Origin: Cyanobacteriota bacterium
GTDB lineage: Bacteria > Cyanobacteriota > Cyanobacteriia > Cyanobacteriales > Nostocaceae
Assembly: GCA_046045965.1 (NCBI GenBank)
Contig: JBJOKS010000035.1
Coordinates: forward strand, 1 to 43,944
Length of the DNA: 43,944 nucleotides
Direction of reading: 5' to 3'
The position numbers and the translations under genes were made by a program. Positions within the stretch are counted from its first letter, which is position 1, and every line of letters starts with the position of its first letter. The notes beneath the pieces are model-generated. The model saw only the letters and a list, made by a program, of their open reading frames with translations, had not been told where the DNA came from and ran no database searches. Of the stretch, positions 9,411-18,781 are shown in pieces.

Positions 9411-12400
9411 ATGCATCGTATAAGTGCCACACCAGGCGGCTGGGATCAGTCCGAAGGTTTAATTTTTCTAGAACAAACGCCAGCCCCTTTCGTGTTTATT
9501 ACTGCTGCTGATACCGACATTCAAACTTTAGCAGCAGCACTCCCAAAATTACCTGTACAATTTCCTGCGTTAAGAGTTGCCAACCTGCTGCAATTACAGC
9601 AACAAATAAGTATAGATACTTATGGCGAACAAGTGTTAGAACTGGCTCAGGTAATTGTTCTGCGCCTATTAGGAGGAAGTTCCTATTGGGCTTATGGTTT
9701 AGAAGTAGTGCAGGAAATTGTTGAACGTAAGAGTACAACCTTAATTGTAATGCCAGGAGACGACGCTCTTGATCTTGATTTAATCTCCAAATCTACTATT
9801 TCCCCAAAAGTTGTGCAGCAAATATGGCAATACTTTAGAGAAGGTGGTATAGAAAATTTCCTGAACGCACTCCAATTTATTGCTGATATTTCCCTATTAA
9901 CCACATTCAACCCACCACTACCACAACCTATTCCCCGTGTGGGAATGTATAAAGGACAAGGAGCAGAGGAGCAAAGGAGCAGAGGAGAAAATTATTTCCC
10001 AATCCCCAGTCCCCAATCCCCAATCCCCAAAGTAGGTATTTTATTCTACCGCGCTCATTATTTGGCGGGAAATACTCAAGTTATTGACGCTCTATGTGCT
10101 GCTTTGGTACAGAAAAATTTACAACCAGTGCCGGTTTTTGTTTCTTCTTTGCGTGAACCTGGTGTGACTGATGAGTTGATCAAGTTTTTTCAACCTGAAG
10201 ATTCTGAACCTATTAGTCTGTTATTAAATACTACCAGTTTTTCTCTAGCGCGTTTAGAAACGGAAACACCTCAAATCGAACTGTGGGAAAAATTGGATGT
10301 TCCAGTTTTACAAGTTATTCTCTGTGCTAGTTCTGTTGAACAGTGGGAGTCACAGTTACAAGGTTTGACCCCCCGTGATATGGCGATGAACGTGGTGTTA
10401 CCAGAGGTAGACGGGCGCATTATTAGCAGGGCTGTGTCTTTTAAAACTTTACAGACTCGCAATAATGACTTAGAAACTGATGTGGTAGTTTATGAACCAG
10501 TGAGCGATCGCATTGAATTTGTCACCCAACTGGCTGCGAATTGGGTAGGATTACGCCATAAACTACCCCAAGAACGTCGCATAGCCTTAATTTTGGCAAA
10601 TTACCCCAATACTAATGGCCGTCTCGCAAATGGCGTAGGACTGGACACTCCTGCTAGTTGTGTGGAAATTCTCAAAGCTTTACATTTAGCTGGGTATGAG
10701 GTGGGTAATATACCTGCTGATGGTGATGAGTTAATCCAAACGCTAACTGCTGGAGTGACTAATGACCCAGAAGGAAAGGATTGGAAACCTATTTATCAAT
10801 CTGTTTCTGTCCAGGAGTATGCAGGGTATTTTGCAGGTTTACCTGAGACTGTTCAAGGGGAGATCGTTGAGCGTTGGGGTTCTTTTTGGGAAACGAACCG
10901 CCCAGACGCAGAGGACGCAGAGAGAAGAGAGTTTTTACCTATTGCTGGTGTTCAGTTTGGTAATGTGTTTGTGGGTATTCAGCCTTCGCGGGGTTATGAA
11001 AATGATCCGAGTTTAAATTATCATGCACCGGATCTAGAACCAACTCATGATTATTTGGCTTTTTATTTTTGGGTAAGGGAAGTTTTTGGTTGTGATGCGA
11101 TCGTTCATGTGGGAAAACACGGCAATCTAGAATGGCTACCTGGTAAAAGTGTGGCTTTATCAGAAAGTTGTTATCCTGAAGTTGCTTTTGGCGCTATGCC
11201 TCATTTATATCCTTTTATTGTTAATGATCCAGGTGAGGGTTCTCAAGCTAAACGTCGTTCTCAGGCTGTGATTATTGATCATCTTACTCCACCTATGACT
11301 CGCGCTGAGTTATATGGGGCGCTGCAACAGGTGGAAAATTTAATTGATGAATATTACGAAGCTGAAAGTTTAGATCCTTCCCGTTTACCTACTTTACGCG
11401 ATCGCATCCAGGAATTAGTCGTTAAGGAAAATCTCTACAAAGATTTAGGTATCACTGATGCTAAAGATATTGTCAATTTTGAATCTCTAATTTTAAATTC
11501 CCTTGATGGTTATTTATGCGAACTCAAAGAAGCTCAAATTCGCGACGGTTTACACATTTTCGGACAAGTTCCCCAAGGTAAACAACTACGAGATTTAATT
11601 GTAGCGATCGCTCGTATCCCTAACCGTTATTCTATCGGTATTACCCGTGCCATAGCTCAAGATTGGGGTTTAGACATCGACCCTCTGAAAACAGACTTCA
11701 GCAATAAATTCATTTTACCTCAAACCCACTTTGCTCCTTTGCGTCTTTGCGTGAAACTTCATTCCTGTCGTACTCACGGCGATGTTGTCGAACTTTTGGA
11801 AGAGGAAGCGGCTTTTTTAGTCGAACAAATAATACAGGGAACAGGGAACAGGGAACAGGGAACAGTAAAAGAGGTGATGGAGTGGATAAAATCAAAACTT
11901 CTTCCAGCACTGGAAAACACAACCCAAGAAATTACCAACTTACTCAAAGGACTTGATGGTCAATATGTTCCTAGTGCTGCTTCTGGCGCACCGACACGCG
12001 GTAGGCCGGAAGTTCTCCCCACAGGTAAAAATTTCTATGCTGTGGATATTCGCGCTATTCCTACAGAAACTGCTTGGGATGTGGGGAGAAAAGCAGCGGA
12101 AACTCTGATTGAAACTTACACTCAAGAACATGGAGAATATCCAAAAACTCTGGGTTTATCTGTTTGGGGAACTTCTACTATGAGAACCGGAGGTGATGAT
12201 ATTGCTGAAGCTTTAGCTTTATTGGGTGTCCAACCTGTTTGGGATGGTGCTGCAAGAAGGGTTGTAGATTTTGAAATTTTACCTTTATCAATTTTAGGTC
12301 GTCCCCGTGTTGATGTCACTTTACGAATTTCGGGATTTTTCCGTGATGCTTTTCCTAATTTAATTGATCTATTTTCTCAAGCAGTGGCAGCGGTTGCAGC

Positions 12401-13256
12401 TTTAGATGAACCAGCGGAGGAAAACCCTTTAGCAGATGCAGTTCGTCAAGATACTAATTTATGGACCCAACAAGGTTTAAGTGTGGAAACTGCAAATGAG
12501 CGATCGCTTTATCGGGTCTTTGGTTCAAAACCCGGTGCTTACGGTGCTGGACTTCAAGGTTTAATCTCTTCCCAAAATTGGCAAACTGATCAAGACTTAG
12601 CCCAAACTTACATCAACTGGAGTTCCTACGCTTACAAGGAAACAGGAAACGGGGAACAGGGAACAGAGAATAATAATACTGTCACCTCTCAAGAAGTATT
12701 TGTACAAAGATTAAAACAAATGCAAATAGTTCTACATAATCAAGATAATCGAGAACACGATTTACTCGATTCTGATGATTATTATCAATTTCAAGGTGGG
12801 TTAACTGCGGCGGTACGTTCTCTCCAAGGAAAAAACCCCGAAACCTATTTTGGTGATAATTCCAACACTAGTCAGCCAAAAGTCCGCCCACTCAAGGAGG
12901 AAATTGCACGAGTGTACCGTTCTCGTGTGGTTAACCCTAAATGGATAGCGGGAGTCATGCGTCATGGTTATAAAGGCGCTTTTGAAATGGCTGCAACGGT
13001 TGATTTCTTATTTGCCTATGATGCTACGTCTCAATGTGTGGAAGATTATATGTATCAGGGTGTAGTAAATACTTATTTACAAGATCCGGTGGTTTGTGAA
13101 TTTATTCAAGACAAGAACCCTTGGGCTTTGCGTGATATAGCAGAAAGGTTGCTGGAAGCACATCAGCGGGGTTTATGGGCAGATGTACCTAAAGAAACTT
13201 TGGAAAATTTGCGAAATCTAGTACATGAAGCAGAAGGTGCGATCGAAGAAAAATGA
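9411..13256 (+). CDS. cobN: Cobaltochelatase subunit CobN
   Basis: LPEVDGR, NGVGLDTP, HVGKHGNLEWLPGK, LPTGKNFY, RPRVDVTLRISGFFRD and GVMRHGYKGA motifs. Confidence 0.96.
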   Translation: MHRISATPGGWDQSEGLIFLEQTPAPFVFITAADTDIQTLAAALPKLPVQFPALRVANLLQLQQQISIDTYGEQVLELAQVIVLRLLGGSSYWAYGLEVVQEIVERKSTTLIVMPGDDALDLDLISKSTISPKVVQQIWQYFREGGIENFLNALQFIADISLLTTFNPPLPQPIPRVGMYKGQGAEEQRSRGENYFPIPSPQSPIPKVGILFYRAHYLAGNTQVIDALCAALVQKNLQPVPVFVSSLREPGVTDELIKFFQPEDSEPISLLLNTTSFSLARLETETPQIELWEKLDVPVLQVILCASSVEQWESQLQGLTPRDMAMNVVLPEVDGRIISRAVSFKTLQTRNNDLETDVVVYEPVSDRIEFVTQLAANWVGLRHKLPQERRIALILANYPNTNGRLANGVGLDTPASCVEILKALHLAGYEVGNIPADGDELIQTLTAGVTNDPEGKDWKPIYQSVSVQEYAGYFAGLPETVQGEIVERWGSFWETNRPDAEDAERREFLPIAGVQFGNVFVGIQPSRGYENDPSLNYHAPDLEPTHDYLAFYFWVREVFGCDAIVHVGKHGNLEWLPGKSVALSESCYPEVAFGAMPHLYPFIVNDPGEGSQAKRRSQAVIIDHLTPPMTRAELYGALQQVENLIDEYYEAESLDPSRLPTLRDRIQELVVKENLYKDLGITDAKDIVNFESLILNSLDGYLCELKEAQIRDGLHIFGQVPQGKQLRDLIVAIARIPNRYSIGITRAIAQDWGLDIDPLKTDFSNKFILPQTHFAPLRLCVKLHSCRTHGDVVELLEEEAAFLVEQIIQGTGNREQGTVKEVMEWIKSKLLPALENTTQEITNLLKGLDGQYVPSAASGAPTRGRPEVLPTGKNFYAVDIRAIPTETAWDVGRKAAETLIETYTQEHGEYPKTLGLSVWGTSTMRTGGDDIAEALALLGVQPVWDGAARRVVDFEILPLSILGRPRVDVTLRISGFFRDAFPNLIDLFSQAVAAVAALDEPAEENPLADAVRQDTNLWTQQGLSVETANERSLYRVFGSKPGAYGAGLQGLISSQNWQTDQDLAQTYINWSSYAYKETGNGEQGTENNNTVTSQEVFVQRLKQMQIVLHNQDNREHDLLDSDDYYQFQGGLTAAVRSLQGKNPETYFGDNSNTSQPKVRPLKEEIARVYRSRVVNPKWIAGVMRHGYKGAFEMAATVDFLFAYDATSQCVEDYMYQGVVNTYLQDPVVCEFIQDKNPWALRDIAERLLEAHQRGLWADVPKETLENLRNLVHEAEGAIEEK

Positions 13257-13279
13257 CACGATCAGCTACTATATTTCAA

Positions 13280-13304
13280 AAGCGGAAGCTTTTACTCTTC
13301 CGCT
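13280..13304 (+). terminator. Hairpin downstream of cobN
   Basis: AGCGGAAG-loop-CTTCCGCT stem, but no U-tract on the + strand. Confidence 0.35.
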
Positions 13305-13360
13305 CAGACAAAACAGAAAGATTCCCCCTCACTAATTACTGGCCTCCGATAACTTTCAAT

Positions 13361-13494
13361 TATAGCCATGGACAGGGTTGTTAGGACATCAATTGATAAT
13401 GAAACTCCCACTACAAAAGGGTTTTACTCCTGTACGGGCGAACGGACGTTTGCCCCTCCTGACTCCTGACTCCTGACTCCTGAATCCTGCTATA
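13361..13494. mobile_element. MITE-like composite repeat (TATAGC...GCTATA termini) containing a REP-like hairpin and a CTCCTGA tract
   Basis: Short inverted termini; internal GGGCGAACG-GA-CGTTTGCCC hairpin followed by heptamer repeats. Confidence 0.5.
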
Positions 13495-13563
13495 TCTGAT
13501 GGTTTAATCTGGCTTTCCTGCCTACAGCACGCTATGCTGACCCTTTTTGAGCCGTTACAGGTG

Positions 13564-14019
13564 TTAAAGTGGCATTAATGCTCGTTGGCATTTGGGACAG
13601 ACAGCATGAATGGTCAGTTGACAATCAAGGAGGTGAAATCCTTCTTTTTGGGCTGTTTTTGCGCCAATTTTCAAAATAGATTCGTTTTTGAACTCAATTG
13701 TAGTATTGCACTTAACACAAATAAGATGATGGTGGTGATGGGGATAGGGTTGGTTAAGTTCATAATGTTTATGTCCTTCACCTAGCTCTAATTCCCGCAA
13801 AATACCCATCCTGGCCATCAACTTCAAAGTTCTATAGATAGTTGATAGGCTGATACCCTCGCCATCGGTTTCTAGGCGATGATAAAGATCCTCTGCGCTT
13901 AAATGCTCACCCTGGGGAAGTTCTTGAAAAATATGTAGGATTGTTTCTCGTTGGGGAGTTAAACGCCAGCCTCGGTCGTTTAGTTCTGCCTTAAGTGAAC
14001 CAGTTGTGTAGACAGTCAT
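13564..14019 (-). CDS. furA: Ferric uptake regulator FurA
   Basis: GWRLTPQR, HLSAEDLY, STIYRTL, HHHHHLICVKC and CPKC motifs; ATG at 14019. Confidence 0.96.
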   Translation of the reverse strand: MTVYTTGSLKAELNDRGWRLTPQRETILHIFQELPQGEHLSAEDLYHRLETDGEGISLSTIYRTLKLMARMGILRELELGEGHKHYELNQPYPHHHHHLICVKCNTTIEFKNESILKIGAKTAQKEGFHLLDCQLTIHAVCPKCQRALMPL

Positions 14020-14022
14020 ACT

Positions 14023-14105
14023 AAATTTTCTCAACAAAGCCTGTTAATTGAGAATATAACAAATGTTGGGATCGATTTGCAACAATCATGACTTATTGAG
14101 AATAT
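14023..14105 (-). promoter_or_regulatory. Candidate Fur boxes in the furA promoter
   Basis: ATTGAGAATAT repeated at 14047-14057 and 14095-14105, with an inverted ATTTTCTCAA near 14025. Confidence 0.55.
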
Positions 14106-14109
14106 TTGT

Positions 14110-14305
14110 TAGTTGGTAATGGGTAATTGGTAATGGGTAATTGGTAGTTGGTAATTGGTAATGGGTAATGGGTAATTGGTAATGGGTAATTGGTAATTGG
14201 TAATTGGTAATTGGTAATTGGTAATTGGGAAGAAGAAACTCTTGCCTTTTGCCTCTTGCCTCTTGCCTCTTGCCTTCTTACTGTTCCCTGTCACCTGTTC
14301 CCTCA
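14110..14305. repeat. Long STRR heptamer tract (TTGGTAA/TGGGTAA about 16x, then TTGCCTC and CTGTTCC types)
   Basis: Tandem heptamers directly visible between the sigC stop and the furA promoter. Confidence 0.95.
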
Positions 14306-14306
14306 T

Positions 14307-15554
14307 CTAACTTAAAGACTCCAAATAGTCGCGGATCAGGTTACGACGCTTGGGTTGGCGGAGTTTTTGCAATGCTTTGGATTCGATTTGTCGTACTCTT
14401 TCTCGTGAGAGGTCTAAAGCGCGACCTATTTCGGCCAAAGAGTAAGGATGTCCATCGGATAGGCCGAACCGCATCAGAATAACTTCACGTTCACGAGTAG
14501 TTAAATCTGCTAGTAAGTTGTGCAAATCTTTGTGTAAAGATTCACGCATTAACATTTCTTCTGGGGTAACACTATCAGTTTCTAGCAAGTCACCTAACTC
14601 GGTATCTTTATCTTTTCCGACTTTGGTTTCTAGAGAAACCGAACGGGGGACACGCAACAACACTTCCCGCACTTGGGTAGGTGTCATGTCTAATTCAATT
14701 GCTAAGTCTTCTAAAGTTGGAGTCCGACCTTTTTCTTGAGCAATTTTCCGTTGTGCTTTTTTAATTTTGTTGAGTTTTTCTGTAATATGAACAGGTAGAC
14801 GAATTGTCCGGCTAGAGGTAGCGATCGCTCTAGTAATTCCTTGACGTATCCACCAATAAGCATAGGTACTAAAACGATAACCTTTTGTGGGGTCAAATTT
14901 TTCTACGGCTCGTTCTAAACCCAGAGTCCCTTCTTGAACTAAATCTAATAATTCCAAGCCACGATTTTGGTATTTTTTAGCCACAGACACCACAAGACGC
15001 AGGTTAGCCTTGATCATGTGTTCTTTGGCTTGGAGTCCTTGAGATTGAATTGCGTCTAGTTCTTCGACTGTTAACTTAGCAATTTCCGCCCAGCGACGTT
15101 TACCTTCTGATAAAGTCGGCTTGAGATCCACTAAGTCGATACCAGCAGTAGTAGCCCACCTTTCCAAGGAGGGGCGATGTCCTAGTGCAGAAACTAAACG
15201 CTCCTGAACTTCAATTAACCGCAGATAAGGAATAATTACAGTGTCACCTTGTTTGGCTGCGTTAGCAAGCACTATCCGCATCCGCAAATATCGCTGCACT
15301 TTTTGAGCTTCTGAAACTTCTTCATCTCGCCCTAACAAACGTACACGACCAATTTCTTGCAGGTATAAACGTACCAGATCTGTACTGCGACGGTTGTTGT
15401 TAGCAGCTAAGTTATGTGGATCGACAGAAACTATTTCTATATCTTGTAGGTCATCCAGGGACAAATCACCCTCATCATTCAGATCAGAGTTTAATGTGGG
15501 GCTAGACTTTTGAGAATCGTAACCTGCATCTGTGTAGAAAGATGTTGCTGGCAT
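14307..15554 (-). CDS. sigC: Group 2 RNA polymerase sigma factor SigC
   Basis: DLVRLYLQEIG, ANLRLVVSVAKKY, FSTYAYWWIRQ and SRERVRQIE motifs; MPATSFY N-terminus; adjacent to furA. Confidence 0.9.
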   Translation of the reverse strand: MPATSFYTDAGYDSQKSSPTLNSDLNDEGDLSLDDLQDIEIVSVDPHNLAANNNRRSTDLVRLYLQEIGRVRLLGRDEEVSEAQKVQRYLRMRIVLANAAKQGDTVIIPYLRLIEVQERLVSALGHRPSLERWATTAGIDLVDLKPTLSEGKRRWAEIAKLTVEELDAIQSQGLQAKEHMIKANLRLVVSVAKKYQNRGLELLDLVQEGTLGLERAVEKFDPTKGYRFSTYAYWWIRQGITRAIATSSRTIRLPVHITEKLNKIKKAQRKIAQEKGRTPTLEDLAIELDMTPTQVREVLLRVPRSVSLETKVGKDKDTELGDLLETDSVTPEEMLMRESLHKDLHNLLADLTTREREVILMRFGLSDGHPYSLAEIGRALDLSRERVRQIESKALQKLRQPKRRNLIRDYLESLS

Positions 15555-16146
15555 AATGTCTTATTGTGAATGTACTAATAGATTACGGTCAGCTAAAATT
15601 CTGGTCGGTTAATCAACTGTTGTTATTGTTCCCGTAATTCACGCTGAAATAACACAATTGAGTTTTGCAGTACAATTCTTTGCAAAAGTAAAGATTGTAC
15701 TAAGTTGGCAGGGCTGTCTGAAAAGTATGTGGCGAATATAATTCGCTAGTACACCAACAAACTTACCCTGCACGGACTACAACAAAATTTATATCTAGTA
15801 TAAAATTAGTCTTGTTAATCAACTTGTTATGGATACATTTTTACCGGGGTTAATCGGTGAGTGTAGTTTTTTTGATTGAACTCCTAGCCTTTTACAGCTT
15901 TAGCTGGGCAGGAAATAGGAAATGATCTATTCAACAGGGAATTTTTCAGAATCTTACTTGCTATTTTAATAACTAAGTAAAATATATTCCTAGTAATTTT
16001 GCTGTTGATAAACTACATAGTTATATTTACATGGCGGTAAAGGTTGTTTCCTGATGATTTAACAATTTTTTTAGTGATAATTTGGTAATCAGTAGATGTG
16101 AGTTACGAGATAATGCTGATAGCACAGCATGGCACAAGCTGTAACT

Positions 16147-17091
16147 TTATGGTTGATATTCTGGTTTAATATCTCTTAACATTAGTTCGTCAAGGGCTTG
16201 TTGAGGTGTAACTTCAGTTTCCAGTAACCGATAAACTTGCTCAGTAATAGGGATAGTAATATTTTGCTGCTGGGATATTTGCATCAAAACTCGGCAAGTG
16301 TTTACTCCTTCGGCGGTTCCTGGTAAGGTGGCGAGAATTTCTGTCAGCGTTTTCCCACTAGCGAGCTGATAGCCAACTTGGTAATTTCGGCTTAAAGGGC
16401 TGTTGCAGGTTGCTAACAAGTCTCCTAGACCGGATAAACCATAAAATGTTTCCGTTTTTGCGCCAAAAATCTTGCCTATCCGAATTATTTCCGTTAAGCC
16501 ACGAGTTACTAACGCTGCTTTGGCATTAGTTCCTAAATGTAACCCATCACAGACACCAGATGCGATCGCCATTACGTTTTTGAGTGTACCACCTAGTTCT
16601 ACACCTACAGGATCAGGGTTAGTATACACACGAAAACGACTAGATGAAAAGACTTGTTGCACGACTTCGGCAGCAGCAGTATTTTTGCTGGCTACTACGG
16701 TAGCAGCTGGTAATGACTGTGCAATTTCTTCAGATAAATTAGGACCTGAAAGCACAACTACTGAATGCTCAGGAAATTCTGTTTGCCAAATTTGCGAGGG
16801 AGTGGAGGTAGTTTGAGGATCTAAGCCTTTTGTGGCTGTAACAAATATTGTCTCTGGAGACAAGGGAAAAGACTTGACTAATAAGGCTACATCTCTGACA
16901 CCTTTCATGGAGATAGCAGAGAGGACTATTTCCGCATCTTTTAACACTGTCTCCAAAGTTAGTGTTCCCTGACGTGACCATAAATGCACCTGATGACCGT
17001 TTTCCCGCGCTAAATTCGCTAGGGTTGCACCCCAAGCACCTGCACCCAAAATAACAATAGATTTTGAATTTTCGATTTTGTCATTAGTCAT
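16147..17091 (-). CDS. gpsA: NAD(P)H-dependent glycerol-3-phosphate dehydrogenase
   Basis: GAGAWG, LSGPNL, GVELGGTLKNV and GLGDLLATC motifs. Confidence 0.96.
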   Translation of the reverse strand: MTNDKIENSKSIVILGAGAWGATLANLARENGHQVHLWSRQGTLTLETVLKDAEIVLSAISMKGVRDVALLVKSFPLSPETIFVTATKGLDPQTTSTPSQIWQTEFPEHSVVVLSGPNLSEEIAQSLPAATVVASKNTAAAEVVQQVFSSSRFRVYTNPDPVGVELGGTLKNVMAIASGVCDGLHLGTNAKAALVTRGLTEIIRIGKIFGAKTETFYGLSGLGDLLATCNSPLSRNYQVGYQLASGKTLTEILATLPGTAEGVNTCRVLMQISQQQNITIPITEQVYRLLETEVTPQQALDELMLRDIKPEYQP

Positions 17092-17180
17092 TGGTTATTA
17101 GTCATTAGTCATTAGTCATTGGGTTATTTACCTCCCCCTGCTCCCTGCTCCCTACTCCCTGTCCCCTGCTCCCCTGCGTC
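17080..17180. repeat. STRR tracts (TTAGTCA; CCCTGCT-like)
   Basis: Tandem repeats between lipA and gpsA, overlapping the gpsA start. Confidence 0.85.
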
Positions 17181-18050
17181 TTATCTGGGATAGCGTTTCA
17201 TTAATTCCCGGACTTGTTCAGCATGATAGGAGCTTCTTGTCAATGGAGAAGAAACAACTTGTAAAAATCCGATTTCTTCACCATAAGCTTGCCATGCCGC
17301 AAATTGTGCGGGAGTAATAAAATCAGCTACTTGCAGGTGTTTTTGACTGGGTTGGAGATATTGCCCAATAGTCAAAATATCACAATCTACCGCTCGTAAA
17401 TCTTCCATGACTTGGCGAATTTCTGTATCAGTTTCACCTAAACCGACCATGATACCGGATTTGGTGTATGTGCTGGGTGAAATTTGGCGAGTGCGTTGTA
17501 ACAATTCTATTGTCCGTTCATAGTTGCCCTGAGGACGTACTCGACGATACAAGCGGGGGATGGTTTCTGTATTGTGATTGAGTACCTCTGGTGCAGCTTG
17601 AAGAATGATTTCTAGAGCATTCCAATTTCCGCATAAATCAGGAATCAACACCTCTATTGTAGTGTTAGGTGAGACGCTGCGAACTTCGGTAATACACCGG
17701 ACAAACTGAGATGCACCACCATCGGCTAAATCATCCCGATTGACGGAAGTAATCACAACGTGATTAAGCTGCATTCGTCGGACTGCTTCTGCTAGTCGCG
17801 TGGGTTCGGTAGGATCTAGGGGTTGAGGTTTTTTCTCAAAGTCAATATCACAATAAGGACAAGCTCTGGTGCAAGCAGGTCCCATAATTAAAAATGTGGC
17901 GGTTCCAGCATTGAAGCATTCACCAATGTTGGGACATGATGCTTCTTCACAAACCGTATTCAGGGCTAAATCCCGCAAAATTTCTTTAACGTTACCGACG
18001 CGCTCCCATTGAGGCGCTTTTACCCGCAACCAGTCTGGTTTTACAGTCAC
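17181..18050 (-). CDS. lipA: Lipoyl synthase
   Basis: [12 protein letters not shown], radical [11 protein letters not shown] and RSSYHA motifs. Confidence 0.97.
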   Translation of the reverse strand: MTVKPDWLRVKAPQWERVGNVKEILRDLALNTVCEEASCPNIGECFNAGTATFLIMGPACTRACPYCDIDFEKKPQPLDPTEPTRLAEAVRRMQLNHVVITSVNRDDLADGGASQFVRCITEVRSVSPNTTIEVLIPDLCGNWNALEIILQAAPEVLNHNTETIPRLYRRVRPQGNYERTIELLQRTRQISPSTYTKSGIMVGLGETDTEIRQVMEDLRAVDCDILTIGQYLQPSQKHLQVADFITPAQFAAWQAYGEEIGFLQVVSSPLTRSSYHAEQVRELMKRYPR

Positions 18051-18177
18051 AGTCTACTTTTACCATTGTTTAGTTATACAGATATAATCCTAGCAAGCAA
18101 AGTCATCTGTGGAAGATGAAAGATTTGTAATTTTGTGCTGGTTGTGGTATTATTGTTTTATATTGCCATTTTTGTGG

Positions 18178-18251
18178 CGGGATGTAGCGCAGTTTGGTAG
18201 CGCACTGCGTTCGGGACGCAGGGGCCGCTGGTTCGAATCCAGTCATCCCGA
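18178..18251 (+). tRNA. tRNA-Pro (anticodon CGG)
   Basis: CGGGATG/CATCCCG acceptor stem, CTGCG-TTCGGGA-CGCAG anticodon arm, GGTTCGAATCC T-arm. Confidence 0.97.
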
Positions 18252-18465
18252 TTTTTTTGTCTATTAAGTAATAATACGCGTTGACAGATTGATGTCTGTG
18301 TGGCTAAATTTCCTCATCATTTTTGGTGGAATTGGCTGTGAAACTCTGGAAAGTCTGAAGGTATAAGAACCGGAGTTGTTTATTTCTGGTATGGTTAAGC
18401 GGTTTGTGTTGTTGTTATCAGCACAGGATAATTCACTTTCTTTGGTATAATTTGATCGGAATAGA

Positions 18466-18500
18466 GCGATGTCTGACGGCAAGCCGATCCACGTCTACGC
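18466..18500. repeat. Small dispersed repeat (SDR5-like) inserted in a HIP1 site
   Basis: GCGAT + 27 bp (GTCTGACGGCAAGCCGATCCACGTCTA) + CGC; removing the insert restores GCGATCGC. Confidence 0.6.
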
Positions 18501-18781
18501 ATCTTTGGATGAAGGTAAGGCTGTCATTCGCGTGTGGTTAGATGTTATTTATCAAGAGTTAGCAATGAAACTAAGAAACAATTAAAACTCACCTTCTAAA
18601 TTAGAAGCAATTGTGCTTTAAACTGATATAGTGATTCTATTTGAGTTGTGAATAGAGTCCAGTCGGAAAGCTTTTAGCATGGGCTTCTAATCTGCGGTTG
18701 TGTTCATGAATAATTGAGGATTGCTATACAATTCATTATTGAAATGAGATCGCCATCTTGTTAGCGGGGGGAAATTGTAAA

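Noticed and set aside
14110..14226. Possible CRISPR array
   Set aside because: Contiguous 7-mers with no spacers; no repeat-spacer array was found anywhere in the window
14109..14306. 65-aa ORF with PITNYQL repeats
   Set aside because: Translation of the heptamer tract; no evidence of coding
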